DNA of 63,669 bases, counting the filler, from Lenisia limosa (Eukaryota > Protista > Breviatea), in assembly GCA_001655205.1 (NCBI GenBank). It is 14 parts of 14 records of this genome, joined end to end, with 100 filler letters (N's around TTAATTAATTAA, not from the genome) between each part and the next. Parts side by side here need not be neighbours in the genome. Positions count along the whole stretch, not along the records: positions 1 to 5,766 come from LPNZ01001227.1; positions 5,867 to 15,541 come from LPNZ01011237.1; 12 more parts are not named here. One strand, 5' to 3'. The position numbers were made by a program, and so were the translations under genes. Below are positions 1 through 12,093 of the stretch, piece after piece (within the stretch, counting starts at the first letter, position 1; each line of letters opens with the position of its first letter). The notes beneath the pieces were generated by a model that was not told the DNA's origin, did no database searches, and saw nothing but the letters and a program-made list of their open reading frames with translations.

Positions 1-186
1 ACGAAAAAAAAAAAAAAAAAAACTGGATAAATGTATGTATATTATAAACAAAGTAAACAAATAAAACAATAGTTTCCACAAGAGCACTAGTTATTTTCAT
101 GGAAGAGTCTACGGTTGGTGCCCGAGGTAACTCCTCGATAAATAAGTGGCAGTCTTGGGTCATCGGGGTCGATTCCATCAGATGTC

Positions 187-1371
187 TTACACGGCAAACA
201 AGTACATTCTGAATTCATGAAGAAACTCGTTTTTATTTTTTGTTTTTATGCTAAAAAGAGAAAAAGAACAAGGGGTGTAAGATAAAATAATAACTATGAG
301 AAGAAAACCACAGAGTTCAAGTATAATAAATTTACCGTCAAGCAAAGTACCTTTACGCGAAGTGCCTCTGATGTAAGCTGCAGCAAAAGACACCGGAAAC
401 GCAAGCGCAAGTTCAATGCTTGCTTTGCTAGCAGTCTTTTTCTTGAAAAGCGTATCGAAGTAAGGACAGAGCCATTTCCGAGGCTGGTCCATGGAGATCT
501 CCAATTCCGAATGAAGAAGTTTCACCTCCCTCTCTATCTCCTTTTTGCTTTCACCCAGCCCGGACATCTTCTGATAAGCCTCCGCCAGTTTTTGGTCAAG
601 CTCTTCCTTTTCTTGATAATACTTTTGGGTCGTTCGTGTGTTGCTGTCGACGCATCTTTGAATGATCATGTCTTGAACGTTCTTCTTCGCTTTGTTAGCA
701 TTCATAATTGCCTCGTTTGCTTCTTTGGTGGCCTGTTTAGCTTTATCACGAAGCTCCTGAAGCTCTGTCTCGTCCAACAACAGCATGCAATCATTATCTA
801 ACATTTCAGAAATGATGTCATCATCTTCCTTCAGAGGATCGTGATGGATATTAACTCCGGCAACTTTCTGAATTTGGGCAACCGAATAATTAATCTTGGT
901 CTGTAGAGTATTTTCCGATTCCACAAGTTTCGATTTGAGTTCTTCAATTTGCGCCAGAGCCATTTCAATTTCGTGAGAAACTGTCTCCAAGCGCCCTGCT
1001 TTGATAGGGATTTGTTCGTTCAGTGAGTTGGTGAAGTTAGTATATTCCTCTATCAGTCTGTCATGACTTTGGGCAGGTTTAATACCCAACTCTTCAAAGC
1101 GTTCACCAAAATTCTGGCAGTTGAGGGACTTCACAGCAGCAGCATTGCCTGATGAAGGGGAAGGCAAAAGATAGATCTTTCCTGAAAATGCTTCATCAAT
1201 GACCTCAATTATTTTCTGTTTATCTAAAACAGTCAGTATGCGCTTTTCAATTGAGCATATCCAAGAAAATATAACCCATATCGATATGATATTCAAAGGC
1301 ATCCCAAGAGACCTGGGTTTGCATCTGAAGGGCGAAACAACAACGAGTGAAACAGTGGACCTCCTCCAATC
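187..1371 (-). CDS. Terminal exon (~395 codons) of an uncharacterised coiled-coil protein with a hydrophobic C-terminus
   Basis: The 371-aa ORF extends in frame upstream (DWRRSTVSLVVVSPF...) to a TAG acceptor at 1372-1374. E/K/Q-rich helical middle, hydrophobic stretches near the end. A possible upstream exon at ~1545-1615 has a GTATGT donor. Confidence 0.6.
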   Translation of the reverse strand, partial: DWRRSTVSLVVVSPFRCKPRSLGMPLNIISIWVIFSWICSIEKRILTVLDKQKIIEVIDEAFSGKIYLLPSPSSGNAAAVKSLNCQNFGERFEELGIKPAQSHDRLIEEYTNFTNSLNEQIPIKAGRLETVSHEIEMALAQIEELKSKLVESENTLQTKINYSVAQIQKVAGVNIHHDPLKEDDDIISEMLDNDCMLLLDETELQELRDKAKQATKEANEAIMNANKAKKNVQDMIIQRCVDSNTRTTQKYYQEKEELDQKLAEAYQKMSGLGESKKEIEREVKLLHSELEISMDQPRKWLCPYFDTLFKKKTASKASIELALAFPVSFAAAYIRGTSRKGTLLDGKFIILELCGFLLIVIILSYTPCSFSLFSIKTKNKNEFLHEFRMYLFAV

Positions 1372-1390
1372 CTATACATAAGTATATTTT

Positions 1391-1515
1391 GAGATGAGAA
1401 ATAAAACAAGGTTGTATCTGGTCGAAGCCGTCCACACCATCACGCTTATTGGATTATATTAAATAATATTGATTCACCCAATAATTTGCCATACAACTCT
1501 GTGCACACAGCTTTC
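1391..1515 (+). mobile_element. Repeat family B copy (non-palindromic interspersed element)
   Basis: GAGATGAGAAATAAAACAAGGTTGTATCTGGTCGAAGCCGTCCACACCATCACG...TTCACCCAAT...ACAACTCTGTGCACACAGCTTTC; near-identical text recurs at 13150-13271 and in part at many other loci. Confidence 0.85.
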
Positions 1516-2970
1516 TTTAGTCTCAGATCGACACACAGACATACGATAAAGAGAGGTTCTGTCCTGTTTTTCTTTCTTGGGGTACTTCACCAGGAAACAC
1601 AAGTTCGTCGGCCCTTGGAGGTGGTAAGAAAAAAAATGTTATGTTTCTCAAACAATAGATCTTGCTTATATATATGATATTAGTCAAAAAAAAAAAAAAA
1701 AAANNNNNNNNNNNNNNNNNNNNNNNNNNNNNNNNNNNNNNNNNNNNNNNNNNNNNNNNNNTAAAAATGGGGGGGTTTCAAAAAACAAAATCGAGAAAGG
1801 TATTTGGATAACCTCAATTCAGTTCGAAATGAGGAAATCACGAAATTAGAAATTTAACCTCCCTATTTTGCCTAATTTTTGTATATCCGTGGCTCAAACT
1901 GTTTTTAAATAATTGTTCCGCTACAAAAGAGATTTTAGACCACTTGATTCAACTCAAGTACATGGTTCAACTCATACAGTGATACACTGAAAATAATATT
2001 CTCCATAAACCAACATTAAGACATAGTCATATTTCAGTCCTCCTTTGAAGACAACTTCCAAGTCAGCCTTCATGTTGTTACAGGCCCTGTAGTGTGACAT
2101 TCAATTACATTTTTACTTCAGACAAAAAAAGCCTTGTACACCCTCGATAAGCAGTTTTTTTGCAATAAGAGTTGGAAAGATTTACACAACTGGAGATAAC
2201 TAACGCTGTAGAGACTTCTCTAAGGTCCCCAAGGAACTAAATCAAATCGATATTAAGCATTATCATTCAGTCAATAGTGGGCCTGCGTACATTACTCCTA
2301 GAGTATTATCTGTTGAGTTGAAGACTCCTTGGGGTGGTGAGTCGTTGTGAACAGCTGCCTGAATCGTAAATGCTGAGGAAGACTTACAAGCAAATGATTG
2401 ATAATGCATTGTGTGAGAGTTAAAGTCTAACTGATAAACTGGTACACTGTGATATCTAATACCTTATACAATACATATTATATACAGTATATTATACATG
2501 TATATATGCTAGGCCGCAGAAATCGGGTAAAATATACCCTATTTAGGTAAATAATTTTTTAAACCTTCTTCTCAAACCTGCCAAATATGACAATTCATTC
2601 AAAATAAACACCTGGAAAGCGATTTTCAGCAAAAAGTAGTTTTTCAAAATAGGGTGACCAAAGTTCACTTCTTTTCCTTTTGTCCAGATTTTTTTTTTTT
2701 CATTTCCCCCTTTTTAATGCCCTAATGGAAAAGAATAAGGCAGTCAATCAAGCTTGCAGTGCTTGGGTTGAGAGAGATAGATAGAGAAGTATAAGCTTCT
2801 TCTTTCCAGAAAGATGAAGGAAGAAGAAGGAAAAGGATCTGAAACATTGAACAACTGAAGGAGTTGAACGACCCAATTAACCTCGATTTTTACAGGCAGC
2901 GAGCAATATAGGTATGCATGGACCAATTTTTACTATGATAGGTGGTGTTTATGGCTTTCTTCTTCTTCAG

Positions 2971-3330
2971 CCAGCCTGAAAAAGCAATGCTATTGGCCCG
3001 TATCAACATCGCCGCTCAGCGTGCTGCTGCTGAAGCGATTGGAGCTTGTGCAGCAAATGCCAAATCTTCGAATTCCACAGTCACAAAGAGGAAGAAGGCC
3101 ATTGAAAGCTACATTGTTGGCGTGTCAAAGGAGTTGCTTGTAACAAGGCATCTGGAAGTTTACCGAGCTCTTATGATGATGACATTAACAAAGGTAAGGT
3201 GATATTCTTTCAATAATATCTTTACATTTGAGCAAAGGAAAAGTTTGAAAAAGACACTGAAATACCTTTTAAAACCAAAGCAATTGCGCAACTGGACGGC
3301 TTGTTGCTTGCCGACAGAAACAGTATTGTC
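2971..3330 (+). CDS. Possible two-exon fragment of a hypothetical protein
   Basis: Open frame PEKAMLLARINIAAQRAAAEAIGA...MMTLTK ends at a GTAAGG donor (~3194); a downstream open stretch reads AKEKFEKDTEIPFKTKAIAQLDGLLL. No recognisable family. Confidence 0.3.
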
Positions 3331-4040
3331 TTGGTTTAGTTTGTGCTCAATTATCTTGCTTTTTTTCAGATTTTTTTTTTGTAAATTATCAATACATTTT
3401 GCTTCTTACTCTGTGAGGATTTACGGTGGGAAATGAATTTAGGGTTGTTAATGATGATATACAACTGAAGTAGCCAATAAGGGGGAATTTTAAGGTGAAA
3501 AAATAATTTATCAAATTAAGGTATATTTTACCCGATTCCTGCGGCCCAGCATATATAATATTGATATAAGATATCGATATATATTATTGCTATACCCAAT
3601 CCTAGACTCAATGTCACACAATGGGGTTGCCTTGCTCCGGTTGATGGGGCTTCGAAATCACCAAGGCTCTCTTTTCTGTATCGACTGGAGAGTAAAAATC
3701 TCTTGTGAGGCAGCTTCAGAGCATTATTTGCCAAGCCCAATTACAGCGGGGATCTTTGGAAGGCACAAGTGCGTAGTTCAGGGCAAATAATGGGGATTTT
3801 GTTGCAGATATGAAAGTAGAGCCTGAGGAATTGCCTTTTGCAAGATAGCTAGAGAGAGAAATGTCATCATCACCCTGTGAAGGATTAAATTCGACGATAG
3901 CTTCGCCCATGAGCATATGATAGTGTATTCCTGGTTAGAAATGGGCCACTATAACAACATAATATCATACAGTAAGTATATCGTTCATAACTACAGTCAC
4001 TATACTCATGTCGGGAAATACAAACCATGGTTATTATTAC

Positions 4041-4133
4041 GGCTTCACTCCGGTTCAAAAAAGACCGGTAAAATCGAAAATTTTCGAAGATTAATCGAGC
4101 AACTCAGTATTTTTTTGGACCGAAGAGAAGCCC
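4041..4133. mobile_element. MITE family A copy
   Basis: Inverted termini GGCTTCACTCCGGTTCAAAAA / TTTTTGGACCGAAGAGAAGCCC around an ATCGA-rich core. Confidence 0.8.
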
Positions 4134-4448
4134 AAGTTTTCTCTCAAATTAGCTACATATGCCATATCAGCGCAACATACAAGGGGGCGAAGAACCTTGT
4201 CATCACTTGACAGTGCGGCAGAAGTTGCACCGTGGAAACAAAGGGGGGACTTGTAGAAGAATCTTGCATGGCTTTGCGATTTGGGGGAATCTGAATATGT
4301 AAACCAAAATCATTTGTTGATATTTATCAACCTTCCCAAAGAATCAAATACTTGGGGAGGGGGGTCTAGATCCTATTGAATCCGATGTACGTACAAAGAA
4401 ATACCTTAGTTGCAGTATCGGACAAACAACATAAGGTGCAACTATCAT

Positions 4449-4528
4449 ACACTGACCGCAATAAGTCCTGACACTAATATTGAGCTTTATCTTCAGTTAA
4501 TCGTCTCAGGAATTATCACGGTCAGTGT
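4449..4528. mobile_element. MITE family C copy
   Basis: TA-CACTGACCGCAATAAGTCCTGAC ... CAGGAATTATCACGGTCAGTG-TA; terminal inverted repeats flanked by TA. Confidence 0.8.
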
Positions 4529-5766
4529 AATATATGATATACTATATGAACCAGAAGTAGAAAGACAGAACAGAACATCGAATATTGGTCAAACATTGTG
4601 GCCCTCTGACAGAGGGTGATATTTGAAAAACAATACCTTTTAATAGCACCTAAATACCTACAAATACGTATGCATATTCAAAACACATTATTGACAAATA
4701 TATAATACGTAATTACATATAATATAGTATACTATATGCAGACCCAAGGACATGCCATAATACTATTTAAAACAACTGCTTTGTGAACATATTTGAAAAA
4801 AAAAAATATTTTGAGAGAAATCCCCAACATTCTGTCCAACTTGTACTTGTATTTTTACCTTAACATTCTCGTTTTCATACCTGAAGATGCATGCCTGCCG
4901 CAAGAAAGGGTACTTTGCACGGCTTGAGCGTTGCAGTCTTCTTTGTGGCAGGTGTCTAAAGAATACTGTGAAAGGAGAACAATATAAAGATACTGAGTAT
5001 TAAGTATATTTATTGACAATGATGTCAGCTTGACAGTTATCGAATCCCATCTCACTGTGAAAATGTGTTCTAGTACTCATCCTGGGGTCTTGGCACACAA
5101 AAGCACAAGTACCTACAGTATAAGAGATATGTGCAGGATCATGTTACCAAACTACATACAACGCTTGAGGATACATATGATCTACATGTAAGTAGTAAAA
5201 TCGAAGCAAACATACAATGAAAACGAAAACAGGTGGCAAAAGTAAATAAATTGTAATCGTTTTCAGTCACCTTCTCAAGTAATCAACAAAGATGACAACC
5301 AGATAAATCCTCAATTATGGTATTTCGAGATTTCAACAGTCGATCGAGGATAATTAATTACCCAAGTAGCAAACCACAGCTTACGGATATTGGAAACAAC
5401 AGCATTGTCCTGTTGGGAGAACTGATGCACTAAGAGTGTTATCAATAAAAGTGCTCGGTTTTTGATTATCATAAGATATATCATATAGCTATGCATATTA
5501 CATGTCTATAATATACAATATATCGATATACTTTATGATATGTATAGTCAAAGCTCTGGACATCATTCAAAATTCCCGTACACATCAAAACTCCAGACAG
5601 CTTGAGTTTTCCATACACAATCACCATAAACCACCCAGAAACCCTATTTCCCTTTTGTTAACAAAAGTAATCTCAATCTTAATCAAAGAATGAAACCCCA
5701 ATTTAGTATTGTCGGGTCAAAACCAAATTAAGTCCCTAAGCTCTCTATTTACGGTCCAAATACTGT

Positions 5767-5866
5767 NNNNNNNNNNNNNNNNNNNNNNNNNNNNNNNNNN
5801 NNNNNNNNNNTTAATTAATTAANNNNNNNNNNNNNNNNNNNNNNNNNNNNNNNNNNNNNNNNNNNN
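5767..5866. other. Artificial scaffold spacer
   Basis: 44N-TTAATTAATTAA-44N. Confidence 0.98.
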
Positions 5867-8800
5867 ATGAGCGAGTCACGCCTATTTCACTGCAGTCTGC
5901 GCTACACGACTCTTTTGGGGGGCAGAAGCGCTCGGCATGGAACAGAACAAGGAGGCACTGCTGCACTAACGCGTACATGCTTGTCTACACCAGGTGGGTA
6001 TAAAATCTGGGCACGAACCTTCCACCTTGGGTTTCACTTCAGTTCGAAAAAGACTGAATTTCTCTAAAAATCTTCGACATTTTGCCGGTATTTTCCGAAT
6101 GGAAGTGAAGCCCTACTTCCAACCCTCAACCCTACCCGCTAACATACAACCTTGGGTTACCTTCAGTGGAAAGCTTGAGGTTAACCCTGTTGATGTTATT
6201 GNNNNNNNNNNNNNNNNNNNNNNNNNNNNNNNNNNNNNNNNNNNNNNNNNNNNNNNNNAATGTGCAGTGTATAACTGTTCAGGACCAGTGCAAAGGATCA
6301 GGTTATGCCAGCGTTAGAGGTGGACAATATTCCGGCGTCCGTGATTACCCGTATAAAGGTCCGAATCTGGGGTATATATCATTAATATTCCGAATGTTTT
6401 ACCTTAGAGGCGTCGTCATATGTAATGATATATGAAAAACTATTTATTATGATATACCTAATTATTATCAATATACGCTTTTTTGGATATGTATGGTATG
6501 TCAGGGCATAAATACAAAAGTATATCTTTAGTAAAATGTGCTACATAATACCCCATAGGGGTATGTCAAAAAGCACTGTATATATGATATGTAGTATATC
6601 ATATACTATATGATATTTTAAAAACCGTATTTTTGCCTGGAAAAGATAATTGAGCCCAGCAATCTTCGGGAAAATTTGCTTTAACATTGGAAGATGTTCA
6701 ATAAATTCATTGAAGATCCCTTGACTATTGCTGATAATCAGATCCGTGAGATTATTGGGGGTATGTCATATTTGACCTTATATAATATAATGTAGCCTAT
6801 ATTATAATATATATATTTCAATGGGGTGGGGGGGTATGTCTGAGGCCAAAACAATGTATAACGCCCCTTACCCACACATCATTTTCGCCTTGACTTTCTG
6901 GATTCATTGCGGGTTAGCCTTTTCTTCAGTTTGTCCTCACCTAATGTCTTATAAGTACACGCAGTTCAAATGGAAATTGCATCAAGGGACTTATTGATGG
7001 CAGTTTAACTTACCGTTAAGGAAGAACAGGAAGAAGAAGAGAGGCGCAAGGTGGAGAAAGAGCGCAAGAGGAACACCATTCATGCAAAGGTCTGATCGAA
7101 GTGCATTATGTTAAAGGGCTATAGATTTATTGAGGATTCTCCCTCTCTTTGGTATCCTTAAAACAAAAAATTGGCATGATCCCCAAGGTTTTCGAATGGA
7201 TATCTTACTTGACTTTTTTCATTATTACAGGCTGTGACCCTGGCGGATTTGGCGCTACACATCGGGCCCGACCTGATTTGTTCGGAAGGTTGTGAATTCG
7301 GAGTCATGAAAAACAGTCCAGTTGAAGAATTCACAGTGGGCCACACGCTCCTCTATGCCTTTGCAAAAAAGCACAGATCAGATATCTAATACATGATGAT
7401 ATACTCACTAAGATTGAGAGCGATACATACATTATATATTCCTCTAATCCCCTGCATTCGCCTCAAAGTTTTACCCTTGCAGTTAGCGGCGATTGAGGCA
7501 GTACATTACCCCGAAGGCAGTGGGGTATTTCCCTTTGTCGGACGCGATAATGAGAGTTTGCGTCCCAGTGACGACTTCGAAGACCTGGACCTCTCGAAAG
7601 TGCGCTTAAATAATAGTCTTAATGTAGCATAATACAGCAATACTATATTATACACACCACCTCAATATTTAAAACGTTTTAGTGTTTCCGAATATCCTTA
7701 CCTTCTAGCCGGCCTCATCATTACACCCAGTATCAGCACTCGTGCTCTCTCCCGAAGAGGTGAGGGGCATGAAATAGTTCCGGTAATGACGACGGCTGAC
7801 CATCAGACACTGATTTATTTTTACTTTCTTCTGATAAAAATACTGCAGGTCTTAAGAATTCCTTCAAAAGAGTTCTATTTTGTTTCAATATTTATTTCCG
7901 TTTGTTCATTCATAGCGTTTTAACCTGAAAATTTTTTCCTCGATATCATATATATTTCAATATTTTGTGGGTACCGATACTAATCTACACTACCTTCAGC
8001 TTACGGCGGCGCGTTCACTGTGTCCCGAAGGCAAGTCTTTGATCTTCGTCAAAGAGGCCTTCAGTGAAGACGACAAACCACAAATCAAGTGGGCTTCCTT
8101 TGTTATTCTGTTGTCCAACACTCATCGATGCGAATCTTAGATTTGATCCAAAGAGTTGATGATAACTTTGTTTTCTGTTTCACTCTTTCCCGTTTTTCTC
8201 ATTCGCAACACGATTGACAAAACCTTACTTTCTTGCTTCTGGTTTAATTTACTAAAGAGTTGATCTGACCCCCATTTCACTCTGAAGGTTCCGTTCGATC
8301 CACTTTGTCGACGATAATACTGTTCTGAAAGACACTGTCCCGACCCTGGTCAAGGCCTGTCTTGTTGATGAGTCAACGGATATCGTATGCTGGACAGACC
8401 GGTGATATGGTCACAATTTTTGGTCTGATGAAGGGTGGGAGTGTGGTAAAACAATTATCAGATTTTTTGTTGCGCAGACAATTAAGTTCGGAAAATCACA
8501 GTTATTTAGAAATCAAACTCCAATTTCTCATCTCACCATCTTCTTATCAAATCAAACTCCAATTTCTCATCTCACCATCTTCTTATCGCCCTCTAGACGC
8601 TTGAGGAGGAGGAAGCTCCAGACTGTTACTCAGTTCTTGACCCCGCTGCCACCATCGAAGACCTTGAACTCGGCTATGGTGACGTCATCATCGTGTCGCA
8701 TGCTGATGAGTGAGGGGGCTATGGTGACGAGTCTTTTTTCAGGGGTTCTGAATCTTGACCCACCCTTCACGCCGACAGCCCCCACCCTCCCCCCACGATG

Positions 8801-11800
8801 CCAATATTAATTTTTAAATTTTCTTCTTTTCACCCCCCACCCGCTTGAGTTTGTTTTGTTGTTCTCAATCCTCATGTGTTTTCAGCAAATAAGCTTTTTT
8901 TCACGTACGCTGGGGTGATGAGATGCGGNNNNNNNNNNNNNNNNNNNNNNNNNNNNNNNNNNNNNNNNNNNNNNNNNNNNNNNNNNNNNNNNNNNNNNNN
9001 NNNNNNNNNNNNNNNNNNNNNNNNNNNNNNNNNNNNNNNNNNNNNNNNNNNNNNNNNNNNNNNNNNNNNNNNNNNNNNNNNNNNNNNNNNNNNNNNNNNN
9101 NNNNNNNNNGCAATCATGCCTTTTAACGCCAAGTTGCTTGGAAGCGACGAAGAGGTCCGCTTTCCAGACGCTTGCTCTGTTTCATTTCCTCATAATGCTT
9201 ACATTTTCGCATTTGGGAGAATGTATTCTTTATTTTATATTCTTGTCTCCTGTAAAAAGAAAGGCTGAAGTCCAACCTTTTACCTATAGAAGAGCTTCTC
9301 ACTTCTGCAGAACCCCTCATTTGAGGGCAGCATCCCACGTGAAGCCCTTGTTGGCGAGCTAAGTGGCGTGATCGCGCGCAATCAAGGCGTCGACGCTCAG
9401 CTCATTGCCATCCATCGTGGAGAGTTCGGGGGGGGGGGGGNNNNNNNNNNNNNNNNNNNNNNNNNNNNNNNNNNNNNNNNNNNNNNNNNNNNNNNNNNNN
9501 NNNNNNNNNNNNNNNNNNNNNNNNNNNNNNNNNNNNNNNNNNNNNNNNNNNNNNNNNNNNNNNNNNNNNNNNNNNNNNNNNNNNNACTGTCATATTGCTG
9601 CAATTCCAAATAAAGCGGAGGGAGCAGGGTGTGTAATCTCTTTAGAAACACAAATTTGGATACTCTTCCTTCAAATACAAAACAAAAGAACAACTTTTGA
9701 AGTTTAAACTAAGAAAATATGACAGTCACATGAATGATCTTTAACCTGTATAGGAACAGGCTGAACCCCGACTCACTAATTAGCCAGTGCTTCGGCAAAC
9801 GAGGGTTGGTGACACCTTTATGGCTTTCCCCCCTTTTTTCTGTCGAAACACTATCACCTATCACCTCATCTTTGATATGTTCATCGGTGTTCTTAGGGGG
9901 ATGAGTAATGGTCTTTTGTTCGCTCTCAAGAGGTACGACTTATATATCATCACCGCATCATTACCTCATACTTACAGGCATCTGATGCCTTCGCACGACG
10001 TTTTCTTCAGTATCATTGAAGAGAGCGAACAGACGGTAGGATTCCTTATCACAGCCCCCCCCCCCCNNNNNNNNNNNNNNNNNNNNNNNNNNNNNNNNNN
10101 NNNNNNNNNNNNNNNNNNNNNNNNNNNNNNAGTGCTTGATAGCGGCGGCATGGAGCGGATGGTCACGTGGGTTTCTGTACCAAATGACTCCACCGTCAAA
10201 ACCGTGGTAGACAAAACGTCCAAACTCTGTGGGGGGGGGGTGAAATAGGTTATAAAAATGCCTGCTGTTTCGAAGTAATTTTACTTCTCTTTTTCATACC
10301 AAACTACCATCACTAACCCCCTTTAGTAGCCTCGCCACCCCAGGCCGTGCTGACGCCTTGCTACATCAGCCCATCAGGTCTGACTGTCGAGAAGATCTCC
10401 CTTGACTTGCCGGTCAAGGAGCTCAAGACTAACTGCCATCTCATTCTCATGGTGAGGGCAGGTGGTGGCGGTGTGTTACTCTGTTAATCCAAAATTAATT
10501 GAGGTGATATGACACAATAATGGGTGTGAGAAGAACAGACAGGCATTTGACNNNNNNNNNNNNNNNNNNNNNNNNNNNNNNNNNNNNNNNNNNNNNNNNN
10601 NNNNNNNNNNNNNNNNNNNNNNNNNNNNNNNNNNNNNNNNNNNNNNNNNNNNNNNNNNNNNNNNNNNNAGACCTTCCTCGAAGACCTTCAGCTCATTGTT
10701 CACCTTTACATTCCTCCCAGCTATAGTTGGTGGTGCAAATGGAACCATCACTAGAAAATAGAGTACAAGTGCAATTATGTTACTGCTTTTGCCCATGGCA
10801 GGTGCACCATTTTTTTTTTATATATTCTGTCTCCATTTGACTAATTCCTAGAACCTGATGACTCCATTGAGATTGCCCATCATACCTGTGATAGTGGGGA
10901 GGGGGGGCATTTTATCACGANNNNNNNNNNNNNNNNNNNNNNNNNNNNNNNNNNNNNNNNNNNNNNNNNNNNNNNNNNNNNNNNNNNNNNNNNNNNNNNN
11001 CAAATTGGTGCTGAGAACTCAGATTCATTTTTCTCTCAAATAAAGTAGCAGCTTACCTCATAAATACCATGGACCCTCCATCAACAAGATTTCAAGCCCC
11101 CATGCCCCCCTCACCTCCGCAGCCCCCGTTGAGGAGAAGAGAGGCTTCCGATTCTGGAAGTCCAAGCCCAAGAAGGCGGCGCCGCACCCGCTTTCTGCCG
11201 ACCCCGTCCGAACGTTCCGCTATCCCGTCCCGGTCAGAGTAACCCCGGAAATGACAGCCGCGCAGTGCTTGGATATCATCATGTCGAATTCAATTGGCTC
11301 GGTTGGGGGGGGGGTCATTTTTGAAAGAGTGGTATCGATATTTTGACGGTCTTTTTAGGATCGTAGGGAAGCCCCAGTTAGATGATATTGACTTTTTGGC
11401 TCCATCGTATTCATTAATGGCGTTGGAGTGACAATTGTCTTGGGTAGCTTAACAGTTTAGGCCGTCATCCCTGACGACCACCCCCCTTGGTACCTCGGAG
11501 GAATACACAAGTCAAAGTTCATCCCGTGCCACCGTGAGGGGTGAGACAGTGACCGCGATAAGTTCTGACCGATTTGATATGTGATTTCCTCGAGGAAAAT
11601 AGGTCAAGACTAAAGAGCATAATACGGCTTTTAATGAAAATGGACCTGCTTGGTCTAACGTGTCTGATGGAGAAACAATGCGATATGTTTTTACGTCCAT
11701 CCAGCGGACGACCCCTACTTGACGTTCCTCGCCACCTCCAGCTCCATCGCCGCCGTAATGCATCGTCCTGTTGGCGGCAGGCCCAGCCGCGCCACAGCAT

Positions 11801-11847
11801 TCAGTCCCAAGGCGGCTCGGAGGGAACACGTCATCAATATCTCCTAG
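5867..11847 (+). CDS. USP7: USP7/UBP15-like ubiquitin-specific protease, 5'-truncated: end of the catalytic domain plus C-terminal ubiquitin-like domains, many exons
   Basis: First exon reads ERVTPISLQSALHDSFGG...CCTNAYMLVYTR (USP7 motif NYGG...CTNAYMLVYIR). Later exons: TSAKDQVMPALEVDNIP (6283-6350); EEQEEEERRKVEKERKRNTIHAK (7021-7089); Ubl-like TPAATIEDLELGYGDVIIV (~8600-8710); RTFRYPVPVRVTPEMTAAQCLDIIMS (resembles UBL5 TFGIPFLLRI); tail REHVINIS* with stop at 11845-11847. Not every internal exon was phased. Confidence 0.78.
6028..6115. mobile_element. MITE family A copy in USP7 intron
   Basis: TGGGTTTCACTTCAGTTCGAAAA ... GAAGTGAAGCCCTA. Confidence 0.8.
8510..8587 (+). repeat. 39-bp tandem duplication in an intron
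   Basis: AAATCAAACTCCAATTTCTCATCTCACCATCTTCTTATC x2. Confidence 0.9.
11547..11612. mobile_element. MITE family C copy (degenerate right end)
   Basis: CAGTGACCGCGATAAGTTCTGACCGATTTG...GGTCAAGACT; same internal text as 36091 and 58205. Confidence 0.7.
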
Positions 11848-12093
11848 TCATATTCGGTTTTTTATTTTGTTTTTTCTTTTGACATCATTTCTGTTTCGTT
11901 TTTACTTTCTAGATCATATATTATTTGATTTAACAAACCAAACGTGGCAATCTAGTAATTCTGAGACAGATTTTGCTTCAAAAGGCAAGTTGAGAGGAAT
12001 TCCTTCACTTTGATGACTTGATGACGAATTGTCAAGGGAATGCAAAAGAGACTTCATTTCTATCAGAGTGAACAGAAACTATTGCCGTTTTGA

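Noticed and set aside
511-801. Plus-strand 96-aa ORF and most other short ORFs in the track
   Set aside because: They are antisense shadows of real exons, intron read-through, repeat translations or N-spanning frames.
5811-5822. TTAATTAATTAA recurring 13 times, as a biological repeat or CRISPR-like repeat
   Set aside because: It is always centred in exactly 44N+12+44N; it is a six-frame-stop joining linker added in silico.
7152-7159. GTATCCTT here and at 57631 as U12-type donors
   Set aside because: I could not phase exons using either site, a canonical upstream donor exists in both cases, and one or two such 8-mers are expected by chance in 64 kb.
9428-9586. N-gaps that almost always follow G or C homopolymers, as hidden elements
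   Set aside because: Best explained by sequencing/assembly dropout at homopolymers. The runs are real, but their lengths and the gap contents are unknown.
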